From NCBI GenBank assembly GCA_963803145.1, contig CAWDLW010000016.1:32001-96000 (forward strand): a DNA stretch of 64,000 bases, in the 5' to 3' direction. This stretch comes from Methanotrichaceae archaeon (GTDB lineage: Archaea; Halobacteriota; Methanosarcinia; Methanotrichales; Methanotrichaceae). Position numbers and translations under genes: made by a program. Below, in pieces: positions 28,653 through 38,440 of this stretch. How positions within the stretch are numbered: position 1 is the first letter of the stretch; the number at the start of each line of letters is the position of its first letter. Below the pieces are notes generated by a model, which did not search any database, was not told the origin of the DNA, and was given only the letters and a program-made list of their open reading frames with translations.

Positions 28653-29396
28653 TCAAGGATAGGGCGATAGAGACGAAACTGACATGCCTTCATCGGATAT
28701 GTCCAGAACCCTTATGGTGTTGGCTATTTTAGATCCCCTCATCTTCATGATGTAAACTGATCTGATAAGGACATTTCCTATTCGATCCCTGTTGAGCATC
28801 GTTGCCGAGTCCGCACCATACTCAAGGAATTGGTTCATGCCAAATGCAGTGCCTATGGTTATGACGGATGTGACTCCGTTTGCCCTTAGGCTGCCAAATA
28901 GATCGTCTGCCAAAGACCTGATCTTGAAGGGCTCCTCTACAGCCATAAAGAAGGCCATTAGATCATCGATGAAGAGCCTGGTAGGCTTTACCTCCTGAAG
29001 CTTTCTCTCAACAAGCTTTCGAAAGTTGGTCAAGAACTCTATAGGGTCGCCTTCAATGCTCTTTTGGAGCCGAAGGATAGGATCTGTTACATCAACTATG
29101 CTCAGCTTGCCCTCCTTTTCAAGCTGAGAAAAATCCCATCCGAAAGAGGACATCATCTCCCTTTTAAGGAAATCGGCGCTCTCGGAAGGTGTGATTATGA
29201 TTCCCTTTTCGTCATTCTTTATGCCGTAATATATGAATTGGCTTGCAAAGACGGTCTTTCCCGTTCCAGATGGTCCCGTTATTGTGTTCACAGTTCCCTT
29301 AAGGAACCCTCCATTGACCATATCATCAAACCCGGGAATGCCTGACTTTACTCTCGGAAATTCGGTAGGTTTCAACGCCACGAACACTGCTCCCAC
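28653..29396 (-). CDS. Single-domain KaiC/RAD55-like ATPase
   Basis: SGIPGFD...GG, Walker A GPSGTGKT, RLFIDD, KMRGS. Confidence 0.88.
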   Translation of the reverse strand: MGAVFVALKPTEFPRVKSGIPGFDDMVNGGFLKGTVNTITGPSGTGKTVFASQFIYYGIKNDEKGIIITPSESADFLKREMMSSFGWDFSQLEKEGKLSIVDVTDPILRLQKSIEGDPIEFLTNFRKLVERKLQEVKPTRLFIDDLMAFFMAVEEPFKIRSLADDLFGSLRANGVTSVITIGTAFGMNQFLEYGADSATMLNRDRIGNVLIRSVYIMKMRGSKIANTIRVLDISDEGMSVSSLSPYP

Positions 29397-29511
29397 ATCT
29401 TCTTTCTGCCTATTGAAGGCCCCTCGCCCTCTATATATTTTCGATGACTAAGGTAATTAGTTTTTTCGGTGAGCACGAAGGGCTAAATATTTTGTCCTCA
29501 TATCGGAATAT

Positions 29512-30984
29512 ATGACTGATGTCTCCCTATGCTTCGAGGTCCATCAACCACTGCGGCTCAAAAGAGATTTCTTCTGGTGCGGTCAGCCTTTGAGGAGGGC
29601 AGTGCGCAATCTGCAAGACTTCTACTTCGATGACCAGGAAAACCGCAGAATATTCGAGAGAGTTTCGTCAAAGTGTTATCTTCCTGCCAACAGTATTCTC
29701 CTTGAGAGGATAAAGAAATTTGAGGCCTTTGAGAAGCCCTTCAAAGTAGCATATAGCTTCTCAGGAATCTTCCTCGACCAATGTATGAGATATAAACCGG
29801 AGGTTCTGGATTCATTTGTCAGTCTCATAGAAACTGGCCAGGTCGAGGTTATGGAGCAGACATACTACCACTCGCTTTCAAGCTTATTCGATAATAAGCA
29901 GGAGTTCTATGAGCAGGTCAGGATGCATAGGGAGCTTATCTGGGACTTTTTCGGGATCAAGCCCACAACCTTCGAGAATACTGAGCTTATCTATGATGAC
30001 GAGATCGCAAAGATGGTAGACGGCTTGGGATATAAGGCTATATTTACTGAGGGCATCATTGCCGATGCAAACTTCGTTTATAGGCCAAAGGGAACTGAAA
30101 TGTCGCTTCTTCTGAGGAACTATCAACTCACAGATGATATTGGCTTTCGGTTCTCATCGCGATGGTGGGAGGAGTATCCATTAACCGCAGACAAGTATGC
30201 ATCCTGGCTGGCTGCAGCTCATGGAAAGTGTATAAACATTTTCTGCGATTATGAAACATTTGGAGAGCACCAGTGGGAAGAAACGGGCATATTCGATTTC
30301 CTTAGATACCTTCCGGAGGAGATACTCAAATGGAATAATCTTAAGTTTTCAACGCCATCGGAGATCGCTAGGGATAATCCACCTGTAAATGAGATAAGCA
30401 TAGATAGGACAATATCCTGGGCGGATCTTGAGAGAGATACAAGTTGCTGGCTCGGGAATGCGCTACAACAAGCATGCTTCATCTATCTCAAAAGACTTGA
30501 AGCGCCTGCTAAGGAGAGCATGGACCAGGAGCTTATCGACACGTGGAGGCTGCTTGGGATAAGCGATCATCTTTATTATATGTTTACGCATGGAGGCGGG
30601 CCCGGACAGGTCCATAACTACTTCAGCCCATATGGCAACCCCTACGATGCTGCAATAACCTATTTCAGTGTGCTTTCGGATATGGACTATAGAGTTAAGG
30701 GAAAGATACGGTCCGCAGATGAGCCTTTCATATTCGTTGAGGGCAGCGGATGCTCAGCAGGAGATGCCGTCTGGAGCCTGGAGGGTATGGGCATGGCTCT
30801 TGCAAAGGTCGATACAGCATCTCTGGAGTATCATATGAGCAGGGGTGATATTGCTGCATGGATCAGAACGAGTCTAGGGGACAGCTGCCTGGCAGATGAG
30901 ATAGATAAGCTAGAGGACACCAGAGGAGAGAAGCTTAGGGATAATCTTCTTAGAGCAGTTATGTCAGAATTGAAAAAGGTATAA
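29512..30984 (+). CDS. GH57 alpha-amylase/amylopullulanase with C-terminal DUF5752-like domain
   Basis: FEVHQP, TYYHSL, ENTEL, DYETFGEH, SDH.YYM; C-terminal PF.F...SL.YH..GD...WI...LGD..LA. Confidence 0.9.
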   Translation: MTDVSLCFEVHQPLRLKRDFFWCGQPLRRAVRNLQDFYFDDQENRRIFERVSSKCYLPANSILLERIKKFEAFEKPFKVAYSFSGIFLDQCMRYKPEVLDSFVSLIETGQVEVMEQTYYHSLSSLFDNKQEFYEQVRMHRELIWDFFGIKPTTFENTELIYDDEIAKMVDGLGYKAIFTEGIIADANFVYRPKGTEMSLLLRNYQLTDDIGFRFSSRWWEEYPLTADKYASWLAAAHGKCINIFCDYETFGEHQWEETGIFDFLRYLPEEILKWNNLKFSTPSEIARDNPPVNEISIDRTISWADLERDTSCWLGNALQQACFIYLKRLEAPAKESMDQELIDTWRLLGISDHLYYMFTHGGGPGQVHNYFSPYGNPYDAAITYFSVLSDMDYRVKGKIRSADEPFIFVEGSGCSAGDAVWSLEGMGMALAKVDTASLEYHMSRGDIAAWIRTSLGDSCLADEIDKLEDTRGEKLRDNLLRAVMSELKKV

Positions 30985-30985
30985 C

Positions 30986-32821
30986 ATGCTGGGATACGTA
31001 TTTCGACCCGATAGTTTCGCCCAGGGGACAAGTCGCGAATGGCTGATAGGAAGCGGCTTGGGAGGCTATGCATCATCTACTGCAATTGGTGCAAACACAC
31101 GAGCCTATCATGGACTGCTTGTGGCTGCCGCGTCTCCTCCCGTGGGGCGGAAGTTACTTCTGTCCTCGCTCGATGAAGAAATAAATGGAGTCCAGCTCTC
31201 TAATCATCAGTATCCCGGAGTGGTTCACCCACAAGGCTTTAAATACCTCAGTGAGTTCGGATTCGATCCTTTGCCACGTTTTTCCTACATGGCAGGCAGT
31301 GTAAGAGTTGATAAGACTGTATTCATGCTTCAAGGCCAGAATACCACTATTATCGACTACAGAACCCAGGGCGAGGGCCGAATCAAGATAACGCCCTTGG
31401 TCCACTGCAGAAACTTCCATGCGGCATCAAATCTGCCCGAAATACGTCAGGAGGCGTCGGAGAAGGGCACCATCCTCAGATCAAGTTGCGATCTCTCCGT
31501 GCTATCAGATATTGCCGAGTATGTCCCAAAGGAAACTGTTTACTATAACTTTGAGTATGAGGCTGAGCGGTTGAGAGGCTTGTCCTGGAAGGAAAATCTA
31601 TTTTGTCCAGGGTACTTTGAGATCGATGTTTCAGGAGATACTGAGTTCGGCATAATGGCCTCGGCGGAAGAAAGCTCGATGCCCGATGTGGGAGAAGCTA
31701 TGAGAAAAGAAATCTCCCGTATTCTAAACTTAAAGGCGCCCTTGCCGAGATTTGCTCAGGCCACGGATTCTTTTATAGTCAAAAGGGGCCTGGGTAGAAG
31801 CATAATTGCAGGCTACCATTGGTTCGATGACTGGGGCCGTGATGCAATGGTGTCTCTGCACGGCCTTCTTCTCACAACAGGGCGTTTTGATGATGCCAAG
31901 GCAGTTCTCATGACATTCGCAGAAGCCATGAAGGATGGTGTTCTTCCCAATGATCTTGGAGCCAGATCATACAATACAGTTGATGCCTCCCTCTTATTTA
32001 TCAGGGCTGTTTACAATTATTACAACTACTCTAATGATATAGAATTCATCCGCAGCATATGGCCTTCTCTTCTGAGCATCATTGAGCGCTATTCAGGAAA
32101 AGGCGATGGCTTCGGTATGGATTCAGACGGATTAATTAATGCGGACCCAGCTCTCACATGGATGGATGCTCGCGTTGATGGAAGGCCGATTACCCCCAGG
32201 GCAGGAAAAGCATGTGAAATAAATGCTCTCTGGTATGATGCTCTGTTGATAATGGAATCCTTTGCCCAGGTTCTGGAAGTGCCCTGGAATACAGAGCTAT
32301 CCAAACGTGTGAAGGAGAGCTACCAGAGATTCTGGAACAGCGAGACCGGCTGCCTATTCGATGTAATCGATCACGAGGATGCATCCATCAGGCCTAATCA
32401 GATCATAGCAGTCTCTGTCGATGATCTCCTGCCGATGATAAAGCGAAAACGTATCTTGGAAACGGTGACTCGTGAGCTCCTAACGCCTTATGGGCTCAGG
32501 ACACTATCACCCCGAGATCCACGGTATCTGGGGAGGTACGAAGGAGGACCCGCGCAGAGGGACGCGGCATATCACCAGGGAACTGTCTGGCCCTGGCTCA
32601 TCGGTCCATATATTGATGCTTTCCTTTCTGTTAACGGCCAATCAGATGAGAGCAAGGCAAAAGCAAGGGAGATATTACGGCCGCTGGCTGAGCTGGATGT
32701 CGTGGGAATCAATACAGTCCCCGAGCTCTTCGACGGAGACGCGCCGCATAGGCCCGGTGGGTGCATATCGCAGGCATGGTCAGTGGCGGAGCTGCTTAGG
32801 GCATGGAGCAGGGTACAGTAG
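30986..32821 (+). CDS. Glycogen debranching enzyme, archaeal type (GH133 amylo-alpha-1,6-glucosidase)
   Basis: REWL..GLGGYAS, R.YHGLL, AGYHWF.DWGRD, TWMDA, RPNQ, YHQGTVWPW, QAWSVAE. Confidence 0.93.
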   Translation: MLGYVFRPDSFAQGTSREWLIGSGLGGYASSTAIGANTRAYHGLLVAAASPPVGRKLLLSSLDEEINGVQLSNHQYPGVVHPQGFKYLSEFGFDPLPRFSYMAGSVRVDKTVFMLQGQNTTIIDYRTQGEGRIKITPLVHCRNFHAASNLPEIRQEASEKGTILRSSCDLSVLSDIAEYVPKETVYYNFEYEAERLRGLSWKENLFCPGYFEIDVSGDTEFGIMASAEESSMPDVGEAMRKEISRILNLKAPLPRFAQATDSFIVKRGLGRSIIAGYHWFDDWGRDAMVSLHGLLLTTGRFDDAKAVLMTFAEAMKDGVLPNDLGARSYNTVDASLLFIRAVYNYYNYSNDIEFIRSIWPSLLSIIERYSGKGDGFGMDSDGLINADPALTWMDARVDGRPITPRAGKACEINALWYDALLIMESFAQVLEVPWNTELSKRVKESYQRFWNSETGCLFDVIDHEDASIRPNQIIAVSVDDLLPMIKRKRILETVTRELLTPYGLRTLSPRDPRYLGRYEGGPAQRDAAYHQGTVWPWLIGPYIDAFLSVNGQSDESKAKAREILRPLAELDVVGINTVPELFDGDAPHRPGGCISQAWSVAELLRAWSRVQ

Positions 32822-33290
32822 CGATGATAATAATGGTAATGATAATAGGATAATTACGATATTAGCATTCGCTAGCTAGATAAACCTCTCTTTGAGTTAT
32901 CCCTGCTTATGCCACATGGATTTCTAAGGGCCTCATTATACATCACAATTCTGGCACTCATTACGGCTTTGTCTACACAGTGGCAGGACGATCTTATCTA
33001 GACAAGAATTCGATTGAAGGGAGCCTTTTATGTCGATGTTCCTTCTTAACACCATGAATGCGTGTAATAGAAACGCAGTTACAATTAAAGCAAAAACATC
33101 TCCGTCGCTATCGCTTGAAGAAGTCCGCAAGCTAGTAAAAGAAAATTGTGAGCCTGGGTTAAACCGCTTAATGGTTGCACGTGGCCGCTTTGATAAAGGA
33201 CTATAGGAACCGGCAATAGATCGATTTATCCTCGCGAGATGGCCCTGCAAAGTAAGAACCTAATAAGAATACTAGCCTACTCGAGAGATT

Positions 33291-33740
33291 TTAACTCTCA
33301 TGGGCTGTAAGTTCGGCATCAATTTTGCTAAGTTCATCAAGCTTATCACCCAATAGATCATCCAAACACTTGATTAATTTCATTATATCGGCAGCAATCA
33401 TTCCAAATTCTTCTTCATCAAGAAAGGCATGGTAGAAATTTGCATGAAATTTTTCAACTTTACCATATATGCGGGATAATTCTGTTCCCACTTTCTCTCC
33501 AAATGCGCTAATTAAATATTCTCTAGTGAAGTTACTGGAAACACAATGTTGTGTTGATGGTTTACCATTCACCAAAAGATAAAGCGCATTGGTAAGGCAT
33601 GAAACAACGCCCCATAATGCTTCACCCGCTTTCTCTCTATCTCTTTTTTCCATCTCCCATTCGAAATTTTGAAGATAACGGTTAGAACGTTCTCTGTATT
33701 CACTTGCTTTATTTATAATTCTTGCAATTTCCTCGTTCAT
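33291..33740 (-). CDS. PaREP1/HEPN-like protein
   Basis: EKAGEALWG and FHANFYH motifs. Confidence 0.7.
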   Translation of the reverse strand: MNEEIARIINKASEYRERSNRYLQNFEWEMEKRDREKAGEALWGVVSCLTNALYLLVNGKPSTQHCVSSNFTREYLISAFGEKVGTELSRIYGKVEKFHANFYHAFLDEEEFGMIAADIMKLIKCLDDLLGDKLDELSKIDAELTAHES

Positions 33741-34135
33741 GCTTTAAGATCCGCCATTGTATAAAGGCTGACTTCATTACCATTTTTTGTTATAGCTCTG
33801 TCAAGCTTTGCCGAGATATAAAACGCAATAACTAAACCATATTCTCTAAGTAGCGTTTCCCAACAACTCTTTGAAATGAAAAGGTAATCAGTTGAGAGAA
33901 GAGAATATAGTACAAACTCTATTTCTTTACCGCGGAGTTCAGGAAATTCCTTTTTATCGATGTCTTCAACTTTCAAAATTGTTCCTTTAACGATATCTCC
34001 TTCTTTAAGAGAATATGCCTCGGAAAGCTTTGAAGAAGGAATATCAAACTTAAACTTACTCGCTTTATCCTTTAAATTGTAAGGAACACCACCCCCCCAG
34101 GGTGATGTGTATTTTGACTCAACTATTAAAGCCAT
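33737..34135 (-). CDS. Hypothetical protein, possible AbrB-like fold
   Basis: FDIP....AYSLKEGDIVKGTI; GAGGT before ATG; ATGA coupling to the PaREP1 gene. Confidence 0.6.
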   Translation of the reverse strand: MALIVESKYTSPWGGGVPYNLKDKASKFKFDIPSSKLSEAYSLKEGDIVKGTILKVEDIDKKEFPELRGKEIEFVLYSLLSTDYLFISKSCWETLLREYGLVIAFYISAKLDRAITKNGNEVSLYTMADLKA

Positions 34136-34144
34136 ATTTGTTAC

Positions 34145-34178
34145 CTCGCTATTCAACAAGTCTCGCTATTCAACAAGT
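34145..34178. repeat. Perfect 17-bp tandem duplication CTCGCTATTCAACAAGT x2
   Basis: Copies at 34145-34161 and 34162-34178. Confidence 0.9.
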
Positions 34179-34618
34179 TGAGTCTTTCTCTTCAATTAAA
34201 ACTTATCTAGAGATGACCCGGCGAGGCAAGGATTTACAGACCTAACCCACGACTAAGATATAACGCGAGATGGCCAATGATGAGTAAATCGGATGTATAG
34301 ACAAGAAACTTGATTACAAGAGGATTTTCTTCGAAGGTTCTTTCACATAGGATATCACCCATTGAGAGATAGCAAACATAAGAATTACTGCCAGCTTAGT
34401 AAGGCAAAAGATAACAAAGGATGAGCGGAGATTGAGAAGTTCTTAGCAGATATTTTTAAATCCATCCTCTTTTTGAACGCGTTGGGCGACGGGATAACCC
34501 GCAAAGGATGCTGAAAATTATCTATAGATGATTCGTTTACACATAAACGGCAGTCCAAGGGTAAATCGCTAAGGGAACGGATATAAGCAAAAGAGGGATC
34601 CGACCAATTTGCATCAGT

Positions 34619-35389
34619 TCATCCGCCCTTCCGAGTTTCTGGGACAGTTGGAGCACTCAAACAGCTTAACACATAATCCAGCAGCTTCAGAAACAACGGG
34701 CTGGCTCTATCCCTTGGTCTGCCGAGTTCAATCTTCAAAATCTCCCTAACCATTCCCGGTCTGGAACTGAGAATTATCAGCCGGTCGGCTAGGTAAATCG
34801 CCTCCTCTACGCTATGGGTTACCACTATTGTGGCCTTTCCTGTTCTTTCCTGGATACTCAGGATATCCTGCTGGATCTGTTTTCTTGTCTGAGGGTCCAG
34901 AGCTGAGAAAGGTTCATCCATTAAAAGGAGCTTTGGCTCAAGGGTAAGGGCTCTGGCAACAGCCACCCTCTGGCGCATCCCTCCAGAAAGCTCATAAGGA
35001 TAGCGATCCCCGCTATCCTGAAGACCAACCATAGAAAGGTACTGCATTGATTTTGTGCGAATCTCCTCTTTGGGTATACCCCTCATCTCCAGGCCTATGG
35101 AAATGTTCCTATTCACGCTGAGCCAGGGAAGCAGAGCATGCTCCCGAAAGGTCATGCCTAGCTGAGGACTCGGGCGCTCCACCCTCTCGCCATCAAGCAG
35201 CACATCTCCACTGGTAGGCTGCTCGAGACCAGCGATTATCCTTAGAAGTGTCGTTTTCCCGCAGCCCGATGGCCCTAGAATTGCCACTATCTCTCCATCC
35301 GATACATCGAAGTTTATATCCTGAAGAGTTATTACCCGGCTTTTTCCCGAGCCGAACTCCTTACTTACCCCCTTCAACTGAAGCATCAT
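34619..35389 (-). CDS. NitT/TauT (SsuB-like) ABC transporter ATP-binding subunit
   Basis: GPSGCGKT, LSGGMRQR, LLMDEPF.ALD, VTH. Confidence 0.93.
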   Translation of the reverse strand: MMLQLKGVSKEFGSGKSRVITLQDINFDVSDGEIVAILGPSGCGKTTLLRIIAGLEQPTSGDVLLDGERVERPSPQLGMTFREHALLPWLSVNRNISIGLEMRGIPKEEIRTKSMQYLSMVGLQDSGDRYPYELSGGMRQRVAVARALTLEPKLLLMDEPFSALDPQTRKQIQQDILSIQERTGKATIVVTHSVEEAIYLADRLIILSSRPGMVREILKIELGRPRDRASPLFLKLLDYVLSCLSAPTVPETRKGG

Positions 35390-36153
35390 CGTTCGAGCCC
35401 CCTCCAGGAAAACCATCGTCTTTCGACAGCCACAAAGATCCTATCGACTCCTATACCTATAATCCCAATGGCTATCATTCCTGCCATCACAACCTGAATC
35501 TGTCCCCAGCTATATGCGTACATTATAAGGTAACCAAGGCCAGTGCTGGTTCCCGGCAGCATCTCTGCAGCAACTACGCACATCCAGGCGATGCCGAATC
35601 CAATACGCATGCCGGTCCATATTTCGGGTGCAGCTGCTGGAAGGATCACCCGGATCATCAGATCACGCTCCCTGGCGCCCATCATGGTAATTGCCTCGAT
35701 CCAAGCCTTCTTTACTCCTCTAACTCCTTGAAGGGTGTTAAGAAGCACTGGGAAAAAGGCCCCTAAAGCTATGATAAACACTATAGATGCCAGACCTATC
35801 TTCAGCCAGGCCAGGGCCAAGGGCACCCACGCCAAAGGAGGAACAGGCCGCAGAGCGGATATCATACCATCTAATGCCTCTTTGAACGGCTCCCATCTGC
35901 CCATTGCTATTCCCAGCGGAACTGCCAGACAGGCTGCGACAAGAAATCCGAGGCCAACTCTCTGGAGGCTCATGAGAGCGTTTTCGATTAAAGATCCGCT
36001 GCCCATGATATCAGTTCCCGGAGAGAGCAGGACCAACAACACCGATTGGATACTCGGGAGGATGAACTGGTTGTGAATGGAGATGGATAGGACTTCCCAG
36101 AGAATAATTACAGCCAGAGGCAGCACCAGCTTTAGAAGCGTTCTCCTGTTCAC
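35386..36153 (-). CDS. NitT/TauT (SsuC-like) ABC transporter permease
   Basis: LRPVPPLAWVPL, EA..MGA, VAAEM motifs; hydrophobic. Confidence 0.93.
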   Translation of the reverse strand: MNRRTLLKLVLPLAVIILWEVLSISIHNQFILPSIQSVLLVLLSPGTDIMGSGSLIENALMSLQRVGLGFLVAACLAVPLGIAMGRWEPFKEALDGMISALRPVPPLAWVPLALAWLKIGLASIVFIIALGAFFPVLLNTLQGVRGVKKAWIEAITMMGARERDLMIRVILPAAAPEIWTGMRIGFGIAWMCVVAAEMLPGTSTGLGYLIMYAYSWGQIQVVMAGMIAIGIIGIGVDRIFVAVERRWFSWRGLER

Positions 36154-36214
36154 GTCATCAATCTCCTTTCAATCTCTTTTCATTGCCAGCCGTTTTCGGA
36201 ACGGATTAAATTGT

Positions 36215-37407
36215 TCACACCTTAACACCCTGAATGCCCGATTCATTGAAGGCAATCTGCATAATAACATCAGTGATGGTTCCCAGATCAGGATCCCCGA
36301 GCTTGAGCGGCCTTCCTGCAGCAGATCTGGCTCTGGCCAATGCGACAAAGTCTTCCCAGCTTCTGGCATTGAAGTCTGCCCGTAGAACCAGTCCAGATCC
36401 CTCGTTCTGCACCGGCAGAATTATTCTTTCTTTGCCGCCCAAAAGTATGGAACCGATAGCAGGAGTTACTCCTACATAGGCCATATCCATGCAGTCCTGC
36501 TCCATCAGTGTAGTTAGCGTGAGGCCAGTAGGAGCTGTGACCAGCCCAACCTCCGCCACCTTTTCACCTTTAACCACCAGATCAAGCACTTGAGGCCTAG
36601 TTGAATTATCCTGCGGCTTTAGTGCAATCCCGTAGCGATCGTTAAAGTACCTCCAGTTCTTGATGGCTGCAAACAGAGGTGCCTGATGGTCGATCATCAG
36701 ATAGCCGACGACCAATCTGTGTTCAAGGGGCTTGGGAGTACTTAGTGTGCCTGAATTGATCATCGTTTTGGCGGCACTGTAAGGACCTGGATCGAAGAAC
36801 GAAATGTTTTTAACGCCTGCCCCCAGCTGCCGGGCGATTCATCGAGAAGACAGGCCATCTGAGAAACGAGTGCGTCAATGCCTCGCCACCAGGCATCATC
36901 AGGTTCGCAAGAGAATATCAGGTACGGTCGGGAGTCTTCGAATACCTCATGTGAAGATATGGCACCCTCTCCCAGAGTGTAGTTTTTGCTGCCCATCAGC
37001 CAGTCTGCTGTGATCTCAGTAGATGCGTGGGGATTCTCGCAGACCCACTGAGTGGCCCTGATGTTCAGGTAGCAAAAAGCGCTGACCAGATCCTGGTGAT
37101 TCTCCAAAAGGCGGTCACTGGCCACCAGGACGCAGCATGGGTGATTGCGCCAGCCTGGTGGAAAATCTTTGGAAGCGACCACAATCCTTCCAATTCCTGA
37201 CTCTTCAGCCATCGACAGATAGGGCTGCCAGGCGAAATATCCGTCTATCTGGCCAGTGGCCAGGAGCATGGGCATAAGATTTACACCTTTGCAGTAGAGT
37301 AGCTCTACCTTAGACGGAGTTTCAGCTGCCGTGGAGGGCTGGGCTGAAAATCCGATATCGGAGAGAAAAATTCCGAGGAGAAGCACGACCGCAAAGATGC
37401 GATGCAT
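36215..37407 (-). pseudogene. NitT/TauT substrate-binding protein, frameshifted near 36790-36840 and circularly permuted
   Basis: ORF 36760-37407 (signal peptide, GQIDGYFAWQPY, HPCC) continues in the -1 frame (NISFFDPGPYSAAKT-MINSG) into ORF 36215-36763 (VGYLMIDHQAPLF, QNEGSG). Confidence 0.75.
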
Positions 37408-37799
37408 GGTAGTCGCTCATCCGGCTTATCATATATACAACTTCGCTAAGATTATATCCAAGCCCTCTCTAGCAAATCAAAGACCTTATAGAACTAAATG
37501 GGTAGCATTACTGCTCGCGTGCCCGGGCCAGGGCATTGCAGCCCCTTGTTGTGTTATGGTTAATTATCAACATCGCTCGCCGGTCCAAAGTCGTCTCTCA
37601 GCACCGACCCGAAGAGAGATAGACGCCGGATATGATGCCTCCGGCAAAAATCTGCTATTTTATCCATATCAATAGGTATGCGAGCCATGTCTATTTACTG
37701 CCAATATTCGCTCTGCCTAGCATACTACTTTGGATTCATCCCCGCCTGCACGCCCAGGCGGGCGCTAGCTTGTGCCTGAATGCAGGTGCGCGCGGGGCA

Positions 37800-37990
37800 A
37801 CCGGGACCGCTGGGAGGATGGCCAAATCCAGATCGCCGGGAGGCTTGGGGGACTTCTCTCCCTTACCTGCCAGGGAACCGAAGAGGTAGGCCAGGAGTAC
37901 GCCTTCCTTTTTGAAAAGAGACGAAAGGTTCTCCAGGCGGTTCTGAATATCTGGAGGAAGCGGTTTAAGCCTGTACCAGCGCTCGGGGAT
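37800..37990 (-). pseudogene. Truncated minimal nucleotidyltransferase (MNT) fragment
   Basis: VLLAYLFGSLA...PGDLDLAIL (GS..DxD); similarity ends at a GC-rich hairpin element. Confidence 0.6.
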
Positions 37991-37998
37991 GCCCAAAA

Positions 37999-38187
37999 TC
38001 AACACTCCTTAATACATGAGTAAAGGCTATCGTCTATCGAAATGTATTCACGGATATGAAGCACACTGCCATCAATGATCTCTGCTTTGATCCTCAGAAA
38101 ATAGAAAGTATCTCCCGTCTTGAAGTCTAGAACATCGTATTTTTTAACTATTTCATCCCTGAGCGATTCTAATGTCTTTAGCATCAT
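37999..38187 (-). pseudogene. Truncated DUF6516/TumE-like toxin
   Basis: FYFLRIKAEIIDGSVLHIREY...YS then abrupt end without the C-terminal His motifs. Confidence 0.55.
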
Positions 38188-38440
38188 CGATCCTTCTAAT
38201 TTTGGCCTCCAGGTCCCTAAGGCTCTCAGCATAGGCTTTCCATTCGATCAGATCATCCCATTCTTCAAAGCTCTCCTCTCTTTGTTTTATCCTGGTGCCG
38301 AATGCCTCTAGGCTGCAACCATACTTCCTTTCAAAGGATTTGATCCGCTCCCTTATGGGCGCCATCTGGGAGATGGCTTTCAGCCGCTCAAAGGCCTTGA
38401 TATCTTCTGCAGAGACAACGATGCTCATGATTAGCATCAA
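38153..38440 (-). CDS. Small TumA-like antitoxin
   Basis: IKSFERKYGCSLEAF...ESFEEWDDLIEWKA; overlaps the DUF6516-like gene. Confidence 0.65.
   Translation of the reverse strand: MMLIMSIVVSAEDIKAFERLKAISQMAPIRERIKSFERKYGCSLEAFGTRIKQREESFEEWDDLIEWKAYAESLRDLEAKIRRIDDAKDIRIAQG

Noticed and set aside
32822-32860. GAT/AAT/GGT trinucleotide-like run after the debranching gene
   Set aside because: Short, imperfect low-complexity sequence with no evident function.
37540-37650. TPP riboswitch upstream of the ABC transporter (GCTGAGA on the - strand)
   Set aside because: The downstream conserved ACCUGAU...GCGNAGGGA elements are absent.
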